Assembly (NCBI GenBank): GCA_035510575.1
Contig: DATKGV010000004.1
Span: forward strand, 6,839-70,838
Source of the DNA: Minisyncoccota bacterium
GTDB lineage: Bacteria > Patescibacteriota > Minisyncoccia > Phycocordibacterales > UBA9973
Reading direction: 5' to 3'
Length of the DNA stretch: 64,000 nt
Shown here: piece by piece, positions 49,952-58,914 of the stretch
Layout: each line of letters starts with the position of its first letter
Position numbering within the stretch: the first letter of the stretch is position 1
Program-made: the position numbers and the translations under genes
The notes under the pieces: model-generated
The model's input: the letters and a program-made list of their open reading frames with translations, nothing else
Database searches by the model: none
What the model was told of the DNA's origin: nothing

Positions 49952-50414
49952 AAAATATATTATGTCGTGCTTTTAATCTGATCGACCGTTCCGTGCTTTT
50001 AATCTGATCGACCGTTCCTTTAATGGCGTTCGCTATGACAAATGAGCCCAAGAGCAATGCCGCGCCTATCAAGGTGTACATGAGCGTCTTTTTCGCCTTG
50101 GTAAGTTCTTCCGGATTGCCTCGCGCTTTGACAAAAAGGAAACCGCTATAAATGATAGCCAGCGTGACTATCGGCACCCCGACAACAAGGACAATATTGA
50201 GAATAGCTTCAATGAAAGCAGGAAGAGTGGTAAGAGAAGGACCTAATGGGTTATTAATCTGAGTTTTTACTTGGACGCCAGGTATTGTTCCGCCTTCTGC
50301 GCTAATAAATATTACGGGCATAAGAAGAGAGAAACCTATAATAAAAATGAAGCTATATTTTGCAAAAGTTGAGAGAATGCTGTATTTATTTTTCTTTAAA
50401 ATTTTCATAATCAT
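49935..50414 (-). CDS. pilin-like double-TM small protein, paralog 4
   Basis: Signal/anchor, ectodomain, then IIYSGFLFVKARGNPEELTKAKKTLMYTLIGAALLLG. Confidence 0.4.
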   Translation of the reverse strand: MIMKILKKNKYSILSTFAKYSFIFIIGFSLLMPVIFISAEGGTIPGVQVKTQINNPLGPSLTTLPAFIEAILNIVLVVGVPIVTLAIIYSGFLFVKARGNPEELTKAKKTLMYTLIGAALLLGSFVIANAIKGTVDQIKSTERSIRLKARHNIFYEYSK

Positions 50415-50430
50415 AAAATATTAATAATAA

Positions 50431-50907
50431 TTAACTTGCAAGAAACATTGGTCCAGTAAAGCCAAGCGTTACGAGAATCGTCTTGACTACAAGCCACGCC
50501 GCGAGAGCTATGACAAAACCGATAACCACATTTTTTATGATGCTTTTGGCCTTGGTAACTTTCTCAGAGCTGCCACCCGAGAATATCATCAGAAATCCAG
50601 CATAGACCAAAATCAAAGCAACAAGCGGTGTAACAATGGTAATTAAAAGAAAATTTATGACATTGTTTATTAAAGTCATCAGAGAGTCAAAATTACAAGG
50701 ATTTTTATATACTTGTTCATATACTGGTTGATTTTTGCTATCTAAAAGAGGCTTACCATTTTGATCATAAAGAGGTTTACCATTGATAAGCGCGCCAGTA
50801 TTACAATCAGGAACTATGGGATTCGCCGCATAAGCTACACTAAAAGATAAAGCTGGAGTTAAGACAATTGCGCATCCCACTATTAAAATAAATATCTTTT
50901 TTTTCAT
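50431..50907 (-). CDS. pilin-like double-TM small protein, paralog 5
   Basis: Signal peptide (cleavage after AYA), Cys-containing ectodomain, then LVYAGFLMIFSGGSSEKVTKAKSIIKNVVIGFVIALAAW. Confidence 0.4.
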   Translation of the reverse strand: MKKKIFILIVGCAIVLTPALSFSVAYAANPIVPDCNTGALINGKPLYDQNGKPLLDSKNQPVYEQVYKNPCNFDSLMTLINNVINFLLITIVTPLVALILVYAGFLMIFSGGSSEKVTKAKSIIKNVVIGFVIALAAWLVVKTILVTLGFTGPMFLAS

Positions 50908-50909
50908 AA

Positions 50910-52214
50910 TTATTTCTTGGTTATAAGCTCAAGTTCGTTTTGAGCTTTATTAATGGCATCGTCGACGGATAATTTGCTTGATAAAATATTCTGAATCAAT
51001 TCAGAGAAAATTGCATCGCTCTTGACGCTGTCAGGGTCGAGCCATGTTCTTGATATGATAGCCGAATTAAAGAATGTAAACAAATACGGATCTGTCGGCC
51101 TGTTTGCAAGCAACGCCTTTGATGCCGGCGGCAAGGAAACGGCGGCGGCAAAATTGCTGGCAGTATCTCCAGAGCTTAATATTCCGGCCAGTCCGAATGC
51201 CGCCGTTATATTGGCTGATCTTTTATTTACAGCAATGGCGTAGATATTTCCATAAGTGCGCTTATTGGGAGAATTTCTTGTCTGCAGCATTTGCGCCACG
51301 TCAAAGCTCAAATTCGGATTTGTTGATTGAATTTTAAACAATTCGCTGGCATAGCCCAGATATAAAGCCAACTTTCCGCCGGTAAACATATCTATAGAGT
51401 TAGGCAAAGCGCTATTCCACGAATAGGCCGAGTCAGTCGGATTTGAGAATTCAGTGAAGAAATTAAGTATAGTTGCAAACGGCGAAATTGACGAAGAAGA
51501 CGATGAGCCGTTTAATATCGGAGCATAGCCTGTGGCAGTTCGCTCTACAATGGCATTGCCGCTCTGAAGCAATAAAGTGGAAAGTATTTCCTTGGCATTA
51601 TTTATGTTGTCATATCTGCCGAGAGCAATCATGCTTTGCAATATTGTGCCGTTATTCTGCTTTTTGGTCAAAGCGGAATTTAGATTGAATAATTCATCCC
51701 AATATGAGGGCGGCTCTGATATGCCTTCATTTGAAAGAAGATCTTTGTTGTAATACATAACCATCGGATCCACGACTATCGGCAGGCCAATCACGCCGTC
51801 GCTTGCCAGATACACATCCGCTCCGTTTATGAATGAATCAGTGAATGTTTTCTGCGGGTAACTAGCATATGGGATTTTATACGCAAAGTTTTCAAATTTT
51901 TGAATCATGGCAGGAGTAATTAAAAATAAATCAGGACCCGTGCCGCTTGCGAATGCTTCAATCAACGATTGCTCGTAGCTCGATTCATCTTTTTTCACAT
52001 AATTAATAATCAAATCTTTATTCGCTCCGCTAGTATCGCTGAAGACCTTTAACAATTCGGGATTAGAAAACGTGCCCCAAACGACAACCTTGCCGACTGG
52101 AGCGGAGGCGCTGTTTGATGAGCCGCCTATTTTTATAAGTCCAGAGAATATAAGCACGGCAAAAACAAAGAAAGCTATGAAGATTCCAACCAAAATTGTC
52201 TGAAAATTACTCAT
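50910..52214 (-). CDS. extracellular solute-binding protein (ABC transporter family 1 SBP), orphan
   Basis: N-terminal TM/signal, SBP_bac_1-like (VVVWGTF ... ). No permease or ATPase genes adjacent. Confidence 0.55.
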   Translation of the reverse strand: MSNFQTILVGIFIAFFVFAVLIFSGLIKIGGSSNSASAPVGKVVVWGTFSNPELLKVFSDTSGANKDLIINYVKKDESSYEQSLIEAFASGTGPDLFLITPAMIQKFENFAYKIPYASYPQKTFTDSFINGADVYLASDGVIGLPIVVDPMVMYYNKDLLSNEGISEPPSYWDELFNLNSALTKKQNNGTILQSMIALGRYDNINNAKEILSTLLLQSGNAIVERTATGYAPILNGSSSSSSISPFATILNFFTEFSNPTDSAYSWNSALPNSIDMFTGGKLALYLGYASELFKIQSTNPNLSFDVAQMLQTRNSPNKRTYGNIYAIAVNKRSANITAAFGLAGILSSGDTASNFAAAVSLPPASKALLANRPTDPYLFTFFNSAIISRTWLDPDSVKSDAIFSELIQNILSSKLSVDDAINKAQNELELITKK

Positions 52215-52755
52215 ACTTGAAGATTATACCATAATGATTAATGCTTGCCTCAATATTTTCCAGAAACTTAAACCCGCGCTTAACGAAAAATTCTTTGGCT
52301 TTTTCGGAAGTAATGATCCTGTCTTTGCCCAAAGTCCGACTTAGGGCTTGCCCTAAGTCGGACTTTGGGTTATCTTCCCAGTCAATCAATAAGATCTTGC
52401 CGCCTTTTTTTAAAACACGCTTAGCTTCATCTATCAGGCCGAGCTTGTCTTCCGCCTGGGATAAGACATTTGAAATAATAACTGCATCCATGCTTCTATC
52501 GGCTATTTTCGTGCCGCCTGCTCGTTCTATATCGCCCCAAATGCAATCAATATTTGAAATTTTTCGCTGAATCAGATCTTTTTCAAGATTTTTCACAAGA
52601 TCCTTTTGCGCTTCAATTGCATAGACCTTGCCTGTATGGCCGACTCGCGCGCCAGCCGCTTTTGAATAAAATCCGGTTCCAGCGCCGAAATCAGCAACAC
52701 GCATACCTTCGTAAAGTCCAAGTCGGGCGACAATTTTATCGGGGTTCACAAACAT
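52207..52755 (-). CDS. class I SAM-dependent methyltransferase, with in-frame 42-nt palindromic insertion
   Basis: VADFGAGTGFYS motif I. Perfect palindrome cccaaagtccgacttagggcttgccctaagtcggactttggg (52328-52369) encodes ...NPKSDLGQALSRTLG... Confidence 0.7.
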   Translation of the reverse strand: MFVNPDKIVARLGLYEGMRVADFGAGTGFYSKAAGARVGHTGKVYAIEAQKDLVKNLEKDLIQRKISNIDCIWGDIERAGGTKIADRSMDAVIISNVLSQAEDKLGLIDEAKRVLKKGGKILLIDWEDNPKSDLGQALSRTLGKDRIITSEKAKEFFVKRGFKFLENIEASINHYGIIFKYE

Positions 52756-52798
52756 GATTTAATTATATCACGAACAAAACAGCAAAAACATCCTTTTG

Positions 52799-55243
52799 TT
52801 ACAAACATACTATAGACGCAATGCTGTCGCCTTCGTGGAGCTTCATAATTGTCACCCCTTGGGTCTGGCGGCCGGATGTCGGAATGGATTTCAAGTCAAC
52901 ACGTATAACCTGGCCTTTCTGCGAGACAGCGATAATTTCATTTTCATCACCGACGATTTTTGCAACAATCAACTTCCCCGTCTTGGCTGTAACTTTAGCT
53001 GTTTTAATGCCTGATCCTCCGCGCTTTTGGGTCTTATATTCTTTTATGTTTGTCTTTTTCCCGCGGCCATTTGAACCGAGAACAAGCAGTGAGTGCGCGA
53101 TCTCGCCTTTGGGAATGCGATCAACTCCAATAACAGAATCGCCTTTGCCAAGCTTCATAGCTCTGACTCCTCCGGCACTGCGACCCATAACTCTGACATC
53201 TGATTCCTTGAATCTTATTGACTGGCCCATGGATGTGGCAAGCATGACATCATCGCCCTTTGAAATTGGCAAAACCGCCTGCAATTGATCATTTTTATCA
53301 AGTTTAATGGCTATTAGTCCGCTGCGGCGAACGTCTTTAAAGCTTTCGGCAGAAACTTTCTTGGCAGTTCCTTTCGCTGTCACAAGCATTAAATGCTCAA
53401 CAGTTTTTTTAGTTTCTTTATCTATAGGCAATATTGAAGTAACTTTCTCCTCGCCGTCAAGAGAAATGAAATTCATTATTGATTTGCCTTTTGTCGCGCG
53501 CTTGCCCTCGGGGATATCGTACATTTTAATCTGATAGGCCTTTCCAAGATTTGTAAAGAACAATAAATCACTGTGAGTATTGGCAGAGATAAGCATCGTC
53601 ACGAAATCTTCTTCTTTCGGCTCAATATCAATGACACCCACACCGCCGCGCTTTTGAATGCGATATTCGCCGGGGTCAGTGCGCTTGACATAACCGCCCT
53701 TCGTAAAAACCAGAACTGATTCTTTTTCAGGAATGAGATCTTCTTCATTGATAGCTTTGACTCCGCCTTTGATTATGCGAGTGCGCCTTTCGTCGGAATA
53801 TTTGTCTCTGATTTCTTTCAGTTCATTTGAAATAATCTGAAGCATTTTCTTCGGACTGGCAAGTAACATTTCCAATTCTTTTATCAAGTCCTGCTTTTCT
53901 TTCAATTCAAGTTCCACATTCTTGCGCTCAAGCGAGGCAAGCTTTGCAAGCTTCATTTCTAGTATGGCTGTCGCCTGCAAATCGGAAAACTTGAATTCTT
54001 TCATCAAATTTAATTTGGCGGCAACAGTGTCTTTGGAAGCGCGAATTATTGAGATAACCTTGTCTATGTGGTCAAGCGCTTTTTTCAATCCCAGCAGGAT
54101 ATGCTCGCGTTCTTTGGCTTTCTTTAAATCATATTCAGCGCGGCGGCGGACAACCACGACTCTGTGATTAATGAATTCGCCAAGCAAACTTTTTAATGAT
54201 AATGTCTGAGGCACGCCGTCGACGAGAGCCACGATGTTGAAATTGAACGACTGTTCAAGCTGAGTGTGCTTGTAGATATAATTTAAAATTTTCTGAGGGA
54301 ATACTCCTTGCTTAAGATCAATGACAATGCGCATATCTTTGGCTGATTCGTCGCGAAGCCCTTTAATGCCTTCAATCTTCTTCTCCTGTATAAGCAGGGC
54401 TATGGATTCTATGAGCACGGATTTATTGACTCGATAAGGTATGGAAGTAATGATAATCTGAAAAGTGCCGGATTTTTGTTCTGCGATTTCTGCTTCGCCG
54501 CGAGCAACAACGCCTCCTCGGCCGGTGGAATAAGCATGGAGAAGATCTGTCTGCCCGTAAACTATGCCGCCAGTCGGAAAATCAGGCCCTTTGATGAATT
54601 GCATCAATTCTTCAGTTGTTGCGTCCTTATTATCAATAAGATGGATTGCCGCATCGATGGTTTCAGCCAGATTATGAGGCGGTATGTTGGTAGCCATGCC
54701 GACAGCAATGCCCAGAGTGCCGTTTATAAGCAAATTAGGAACCGCTGTCGGAAGCACATTCGGCTCTTTGCGCGTTTGGTCGTAATTCGGGCGGAAATCC
54801 ACGGTCTCTTTTTCAAGATCAAGCAAAAGAAGCGAGGATACTTTTGACATCTTCGCTTCGGTGTAACGCATGGCAGCGGCGCCATCGCCATCGATTGAGC
54901 CGAAGTTTCCCTGTCCGAATATCAGCGGATAACGATAAGAGAAGTCCTGCGCCATATTGACCATGGAATCATAAACCGCCACGTCTCCATGAGGATGATA
55001 TTTCCCAAGCACGTCGCCGACCACGGCAGCCGACTTGCGAAATCTTCCCTGATAAGTCAAACCCATTTCATGCATTGCATAGAGAATGCGCCTATGGACA
55101 GGCTTCAAGCCGTCGCGAACGTCAGGCAAGGCGCGATCAGTAATCACAGACATGGCGTAGTCAATAAAGGACTCTTTCATTTCAGAGCCGATATCGACAG
55201 ACACTATATTTACATGTTCCTTCTTTATTTCTTCCTTAGCCAT
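52799..55243 (-). CDS. gyrA: DNA gyrase subunit A
   Basis: [21 protein letters not shown] ... full length, with C-terminal beta-pinwheel repeats. Confidence 0.9.
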   Translation of the reverse strand: MAKEEIKKEHVNIVSVDIGSEMKESFIDYAMSVITDRALPDVRDGLKPVHRRILYAMHEMGLTYQGRFRKSAAVVGDVLGKYHPHGDVAVYDSMVNMAQDFSYRYPLIFGQGNFGSIDGDGAAAMRYTEAKMSKVSSLLLLDLEKETVDFRPNYDQTRKEPNVLPTAVPNLLINGTLGIAVGMATNIPPHNLAETIDAAIHLIDNKDATTEELMQFIKGPDFPTGGIVYGQTDLLHAYSTGRGGVVARGEAEIAEQKSGTFQIIITSIPYRVNKSVLIESIALLIQEKKIEGIKGLRDESAKDMRIVIDLKQGVFPQKILNYIYKHTQLEQSFNFNIVALVDGVPQTLSLKSLLGEFINHRVVVVRRRAEYDLKKAKEREHILLGLKKALDHIDKVISIIRASKDTVAAKLNLMKEFKFSDLQATAILEMKLAKLASLERKNVELELKEKQDLIKELEMLLASPKKMLQIISNELKEIRDKYSDERRTRIIKGGVKAINEEDLIPEKESVLVFTKGGYVKRTDPGEYRIQKRGGVGVIDIEPKEEDFVTMLISANTHSDLLFFTNLGKAYQIKMYDIPEGKRATKGKSIMNFISLDGEEKVTSILPIDKETKKTVEHLMLVTAKGTAKKVSAESFKDVRRSGLIAIKLDKNDQLQAVLPISKGDDVMLATSMGQSIRFKESDVRVMGRSAGGVRAMKLGKGDSVIGVDRIPKGEIAHSLLVLGSNGRGKKTNIKEYKTQKRGGSGIKTAKVTAKTGKLIVAKIVGDENEIIAVSQKGQVIRVDLKSIPTSGRQTQGVTIMKLHEGDSIASIVCL

Positions 55244-55245
55244 AA

Positions 55246-55557
55246 TTATTGATTAGGATCTTTTATTACATTCAAATCTATCTGCTTGCCGTCTGCATTA
55301 CCGGTCTTCTTTGAAAAAGAAATATTGCCGACGCTGGCGCTTATATTTTTTAAAGCATCTCCAATCGAACTCCCTAAAAGAGCAAAGGGTTTCATGTCAG
55401 CGCTGGCTTGGCTCGCAACTTTAGCATCGAATCTGCCAGTCAAGTTGTATATCCATATTGATCCGACAATGACCATCGAAAAAATCATTAATCCGACAAG
55501 TATTTGTTTTCTGATATGCTCTTCTTTTGATTGTAATTTTTTTATATATGCGCGCAT
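55246..55557 (-). CDS. hypothetical small membrane protein
   Basis: 103 aa, one TM helix. Confidence 0.3.
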   Translation of the reverse strand: MRAYIKKLQSKEEHIRKQILVGLMIFSMVIVGSIWIYNLTGRFDAKVASQASADMKPFALLGSSIGDALKNISASVGNISFSKKTGNADGKQIDLNVIKDPNQ

Positions 55558-55571
55558 ATAAATTTAAATAT

Positions 55572-56201
55572 TTAATATGATAATACTACTATTTCTCCTT
55601 CGCGGCCGATAAGCTCTTTTGATTTGATTGAAAGCTTTTCAATCGGCGCAATTTTCTCTTGACCGCCTTCTTTAAGGAAAGCTTTCAATGTTTTTTCGTC
55701 ATAGTCCATAGGTATGATAATTTTCGGTTCAATCGATACTGCAAGCTTATACGCTTCCGACGGCGCAAGCAGCTCATTATTGCCGATAGGCACAAATAAT
55801 ATGTCGGGAGAGCCGATCTCTTCGAGAACATTTGAATCCAATTTAATTTTATTGGAAACAGCGCCAAGAAAGCACAAAGATATGTTATCAACCGATAAAG
55901 AATAAATAGTATTGATATATTTCTTGCCATCAAGCATTGTTTCAGTCATGATGCCTTTTATGAAAATATCTTTGATCTCGTAATCGCCCGGACCGCGGAC
56001 TTCAAAGGGTATTGTCTCGCCGTGAGAAACCATGTCAAAGCCATTGTAGTCGGGATGATTGGCGGTTGAAAGCGCAATTGTCGAGCCAAAACGAGATGGT
56101 TTCGCTCCGGACTTGGAATCCTTGCTGATTGGGTTGAAAGCAAGCACTAAATCCCCTTGCTGAATCTTGAAGAATTGCTTGCCTAAATATGTGATAATCA
56201 T
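55572..56201 (-). CDS. MBL-fold metal-dependent hydrolase (UPF0173-like)
   Basis: MIITYLGKQFFKIQQGDLVLAFNP resembles the MKITWLGHSAF...IDP N-terminus of MBL-fold hydrolases. Confidence 0.5.
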   Translation of the reverse strand: MIITYLGKQFFKIQQGDLVLAFNPISKDSKSGAKPSRFGSTIALSTANHPDYNGFDMVSHGETIPFEVRGPGDYEIKDIFIKGIMTETMLDGKKYINTIYSLSVDNISLCFLGAVSNKIKLDSNVLEEIGSPDILFVPIGNNELLAPSEAYKLAVSIEPKIIIPMDYDEKTLKAFLKEGGQEKIAPIEKLSIKSKELIGREGEIVVLSY

Positions 56202-56276
56202 GCGTCTATTATAGCAAAAATTTCATAAAAATACAAAAAAATAAAGCTGATATATGGGTGTTATCAGCTTTATGAT

Positions 56277-56654
56277 TTAGTTTCTTTGTGATTTTCTCAT
56301 TCTCGCACTTATGAACAAAAATTCAGGTGTTTTAATTGTTTGAGAATCAAAAAAAATTATCTCTTTCTCTTTTGAAAGTTTTAGGTATTTTTTTAGTTCA
56401 TTGACCTTTATATAATAACTGGCTGAAAGGTTATCTATTTTTTTACCTAACTCTTTTATTTCTTCATCTATTTTATGAGATGAAGGAAGATCATAGAGAG
56501 AATCAATCTCACACTCAATCTTTTTAATTTCTCTTGAACGTTCTTCAGAAAGAGCTAATATGGCCTTATTTAAATCCTCAAGAGTTTTAATTGGTGGTTT
56601 AATATCTTTTTCCATAATTTTCAGATTTTTCAATTTTCCTAAACTATACATCAA
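56277..56654 (-). CDS. hypothetical coiled-coil protein
   Basis: 125 aa K/E-rich. Confidence 0.3.
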   Translation of the reverse strand: MMYSLGKLKNLKIMEKDIKPPIKTLEDLNKAILALSEERSREIKKIECEIDSLYDLPSSHKIDEEIKELGKKIDNLSASYYIKVNELKKYLKLSKEKEIIFFDSQTIKTPEFLFISARMRKSQRN

Positions 56655-56746
56655 TGATAGCTAAAAGTCAACCGTTGCAAAGAGCTTAGATATATTGTAT
56701 ATTCTACACGTTATAAGCCCAGCTGTGGATAACCCTCTTTGCCTGT

Positions 56747-57940
56747 TTGGATAATCCAAGAGTTAAAGACACCCACTTCTGCGCCGCTATGGAGCGGTTT
56801 TTATTATTTATGAAAAAAAATGAAGAAAAGAACGTAATAGACAGCATTGCCGAGCATGCCAAGATTGAATTATCAAGCATCGGCAAAATGCTCGACAAGA
56901 CAGATCTTCCCCCTCAGGTAGATTCCCTTGTGGAAGGTCCGGTTATTTTGATCCAAAAATCATCAGTTTATATTGATCTGGCGCCGTTCGGCACCGGCAT
57001 AATTTATGGGCGGGAATTCATCAACGCCAAAGATATTATAAAGAAAATTAATATCGGCGATGTCGTCAAAGCGAAAGTTGTTTCGACTGATAATGAAGAG
57101 GGCTATATTGAGCTGTCTCTTAAAGAAGCCAAGCAAGCTCTTATCTGGAGCGAGGCCGATAAAGCGATAAAATCCAAAACTGCGCTTGAACTTATCGTCA
57201 AAGAAGCAAATAAAGGCGGTCTTATTTTGGAGTGGCAAGGTATACAGGGATTCCTTCCGGCTTCACAGCTCAAGAGCGAACATTATCCTCGCGTTGAGGA
57301 CTCGGACAAAGATAAAATTCTCAAGGCGCTCAAAATGCTTGTCGGCAAGCACATTAATGTCGTCATGATTTCAGCGCTTCCAAAAGAAGGCAAGCTTATT
57401 TTTTCTGAAAAAGACAATAATCCGGAAGAAAGGCAGGAAATTATAAATAAATACAATATCGGCGATGAGCTGGAATGCACCGTTGCCGGTATCGTTGACT
57501 TCGGAATTTTCTTGAAAGTTGAAGAAGGGCTTGAAGGGCTTGTCCATATATCAGAAATTGATTGGGGCTTAGTTGAAGATCCGCGTTCAATGTTCAAGAT
57601 TGGCGACAAGGTTAAGGCGAAGATAATCGAGATAAAGGACGGCAAAATTTCCCTCTCAATCAAAGCTCTGAAAGAAAATCCATGGAAAGAATTTGAGAAT
57701 AATTTAAAGAAAGGAGATATTGTCTCTGGAGTCGTGATTAAGTTCAACAAGCATGGCGCTCTTGTTTCTATCAAGCAGGGCGTTGCCGGACTTGTCCATA
57801 ATTCAAGCTTCGGTTCGGAAGAAAAATTAAGAAAGACACTTGAGCTTGGAAAAACATATAACTTCCAAGTCACATTGTTCGAACCGAAAGACCAGCGTAT
57901 GACGCTTGTCTATCTTGATAACGAAAAGAAAGCTGAGTAA
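56747..57940 (+). CDS. rpsA: S1 RNA-binding domain protein (short ribosomal protein S1 homolog)
   Basis: Four S1-like repeats (GDVVKAKV ... GDELECTV ... GDKVKAKI ... GDIVSGVV). The true start is possibly internal (MERF / MKKNEEK). Confidence 0.7.
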   Translation: MDNPRVKDTHFCAAMERFLLFMKKNEEKNVIDSIAEHAKIELSSIGKMLDKTDLPPQVDSLVEGPVILIQKSSVYIDLAPFGTGIIYGREFINAKDIIKKINIGDVVKAKVVSTDNEEGYIELSLKEAKQALIWSEADKAIKSKTALELIVKEANKGGLILEWQGIQGFLPASQLKSEHYPRVEDSDKDKILKALKMLVGKHINVVMISALPKEGKLIFSEKDNNPEERQEIINKYNIGDELECTVAGIVDFGIFLKVEEGLEGLVHISEIDWGLVEDPRSMFKIGDKVKAKIIEIKDGKISLSIKALKENPWKEFENNLKKGDIVSGVVIKFNKHGALVSIKQGVAGLVHNSSFGSEEKLRKTLELGKTYNFQVTLFEPKDQRMTLVYLDNEKKAE

Positions 57941-57948
57941 ATAATATA

Positions 57949-57989
57949 AAACTCGTTAGGAACTCGTTAGGTCTTGCCTAACGAGTTTT
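57949..57989. repeat. family B palindrome (aaactcgttagg aactcgttaggtcttgcctaacgagttt) overlapping the ddl stop codon; likely a bidirectional terminator between convergent genes
   Basis: Stem actcgttagg / cctaacgagt with loop tcttgc, the same loop as at 3992-4012 and 39191-39213. The ddl TAG stop lies inside the stem. Confidence 0.6.
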
Positions 57990-58910
57990 ATATATAGCAA
58001 GATTGATTATATGCTTTATAAATTCTGGCATGGATGAGCCGACTAATTGCAAATGTTTGCCTAATTGAGAATCTTCTGCAAGTTCAGGCAAAGTATCAAC
58101 TTCTATAGCGTATACGCCTTTTTTGGGAGAAATAATAAAATGAATTTGGGAGTAGTGATTCAAATCCAGGCCATTATGGATTTTAACTGCTAGAGATTCA
58201 ATTTTCTGTTTCTCATCCCTTGATAAATTATCGCTGGACAAAAACGGATATGTATCTTCTCCGCGAAAGTTGTCTATGACTGAAATAGAAGCATGCCTTC
58301 CTTCAATCATTTCTTCAACTAAAATGGAAATTTTCTCCCTGACGCCGATTTCAAATGCGCGAACTAATTCTTGAAATGTCCTGCAGACATGAATGCCCAT
58401 GGATGAATCGCCGGTTAATGACTTGACTATCCAAGGCGGAGGCAAAAGTTCTAAAATTTCGCGCGCTTTTTTATAAATATATTCTTCACGCGGACCGTCT
58501 AAATCTTCAAGATACGCTGAAAGTAATATGTGCTTGGGCGTATTGATTCCTAGTTCGGCAAATTTCTCTTTTGTAAGAACCTTATTATGGCTTATAAAAG
58601 ATGCTTGCAGATCACTTCCGGTATATGGAATTCCATATTTTTCCAAAAGTTTTTGAATTTGGCCATTTTTCCCATAATCTCCATGAAGCGCATTCCATAT
58701 GACATCAATTTTGTCTTTTAAAATATCTAATGTCACAGGCATGCCATTTGCATGCCAAACGCCGTCTTTGGAAATAAAAATATCTAAAGGCCAATATTCT
58801 CTATTCATTAAGTCGCTTCTTAAATGCGAAAGAATATGCTCACCACTTTTAAGCGAGACATCATAATATTGCGGGCTTGCGCCTCCGCGAATAACTCCTA
58901 CTCGTATCAT
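57978..58910 (-). CDS. ddl: D-alanine--D-alanine ligase
   Basis: MIRVGVIRGGASPQYYDVSLKSG ... ATP-grasp. 310 aa. Confidence 0.75.
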   Translation of the reverse strand: MIRVGVIRGGASPQYYDVSLKSGEHILSHLRSDLMNREYWPLDIFISKDGVWHANGMPVTLDILKDKIDVIWNALHGDYGKNGQIQKLLEKYGIPYTGSDLQASFISHNKVLTKEKFAELGINTPKHILLSAYLEDLDGPREEYIYKKAREILELLPPPWIVKSLTGDSSMGIHVCRTFQELVRAFEIGVREKISILVEEMIEGRHASISVIDNFRGEDTYPFLSSDNLSRDEKQKIESLAVKIHNGLDLNHYSQIHFIISPKKGVYAIEVDTLPELAEDSQLGKHLQLVGSSMPEFIKHIINLAIYKTR

Positions 58911-58914
58911 ACTT

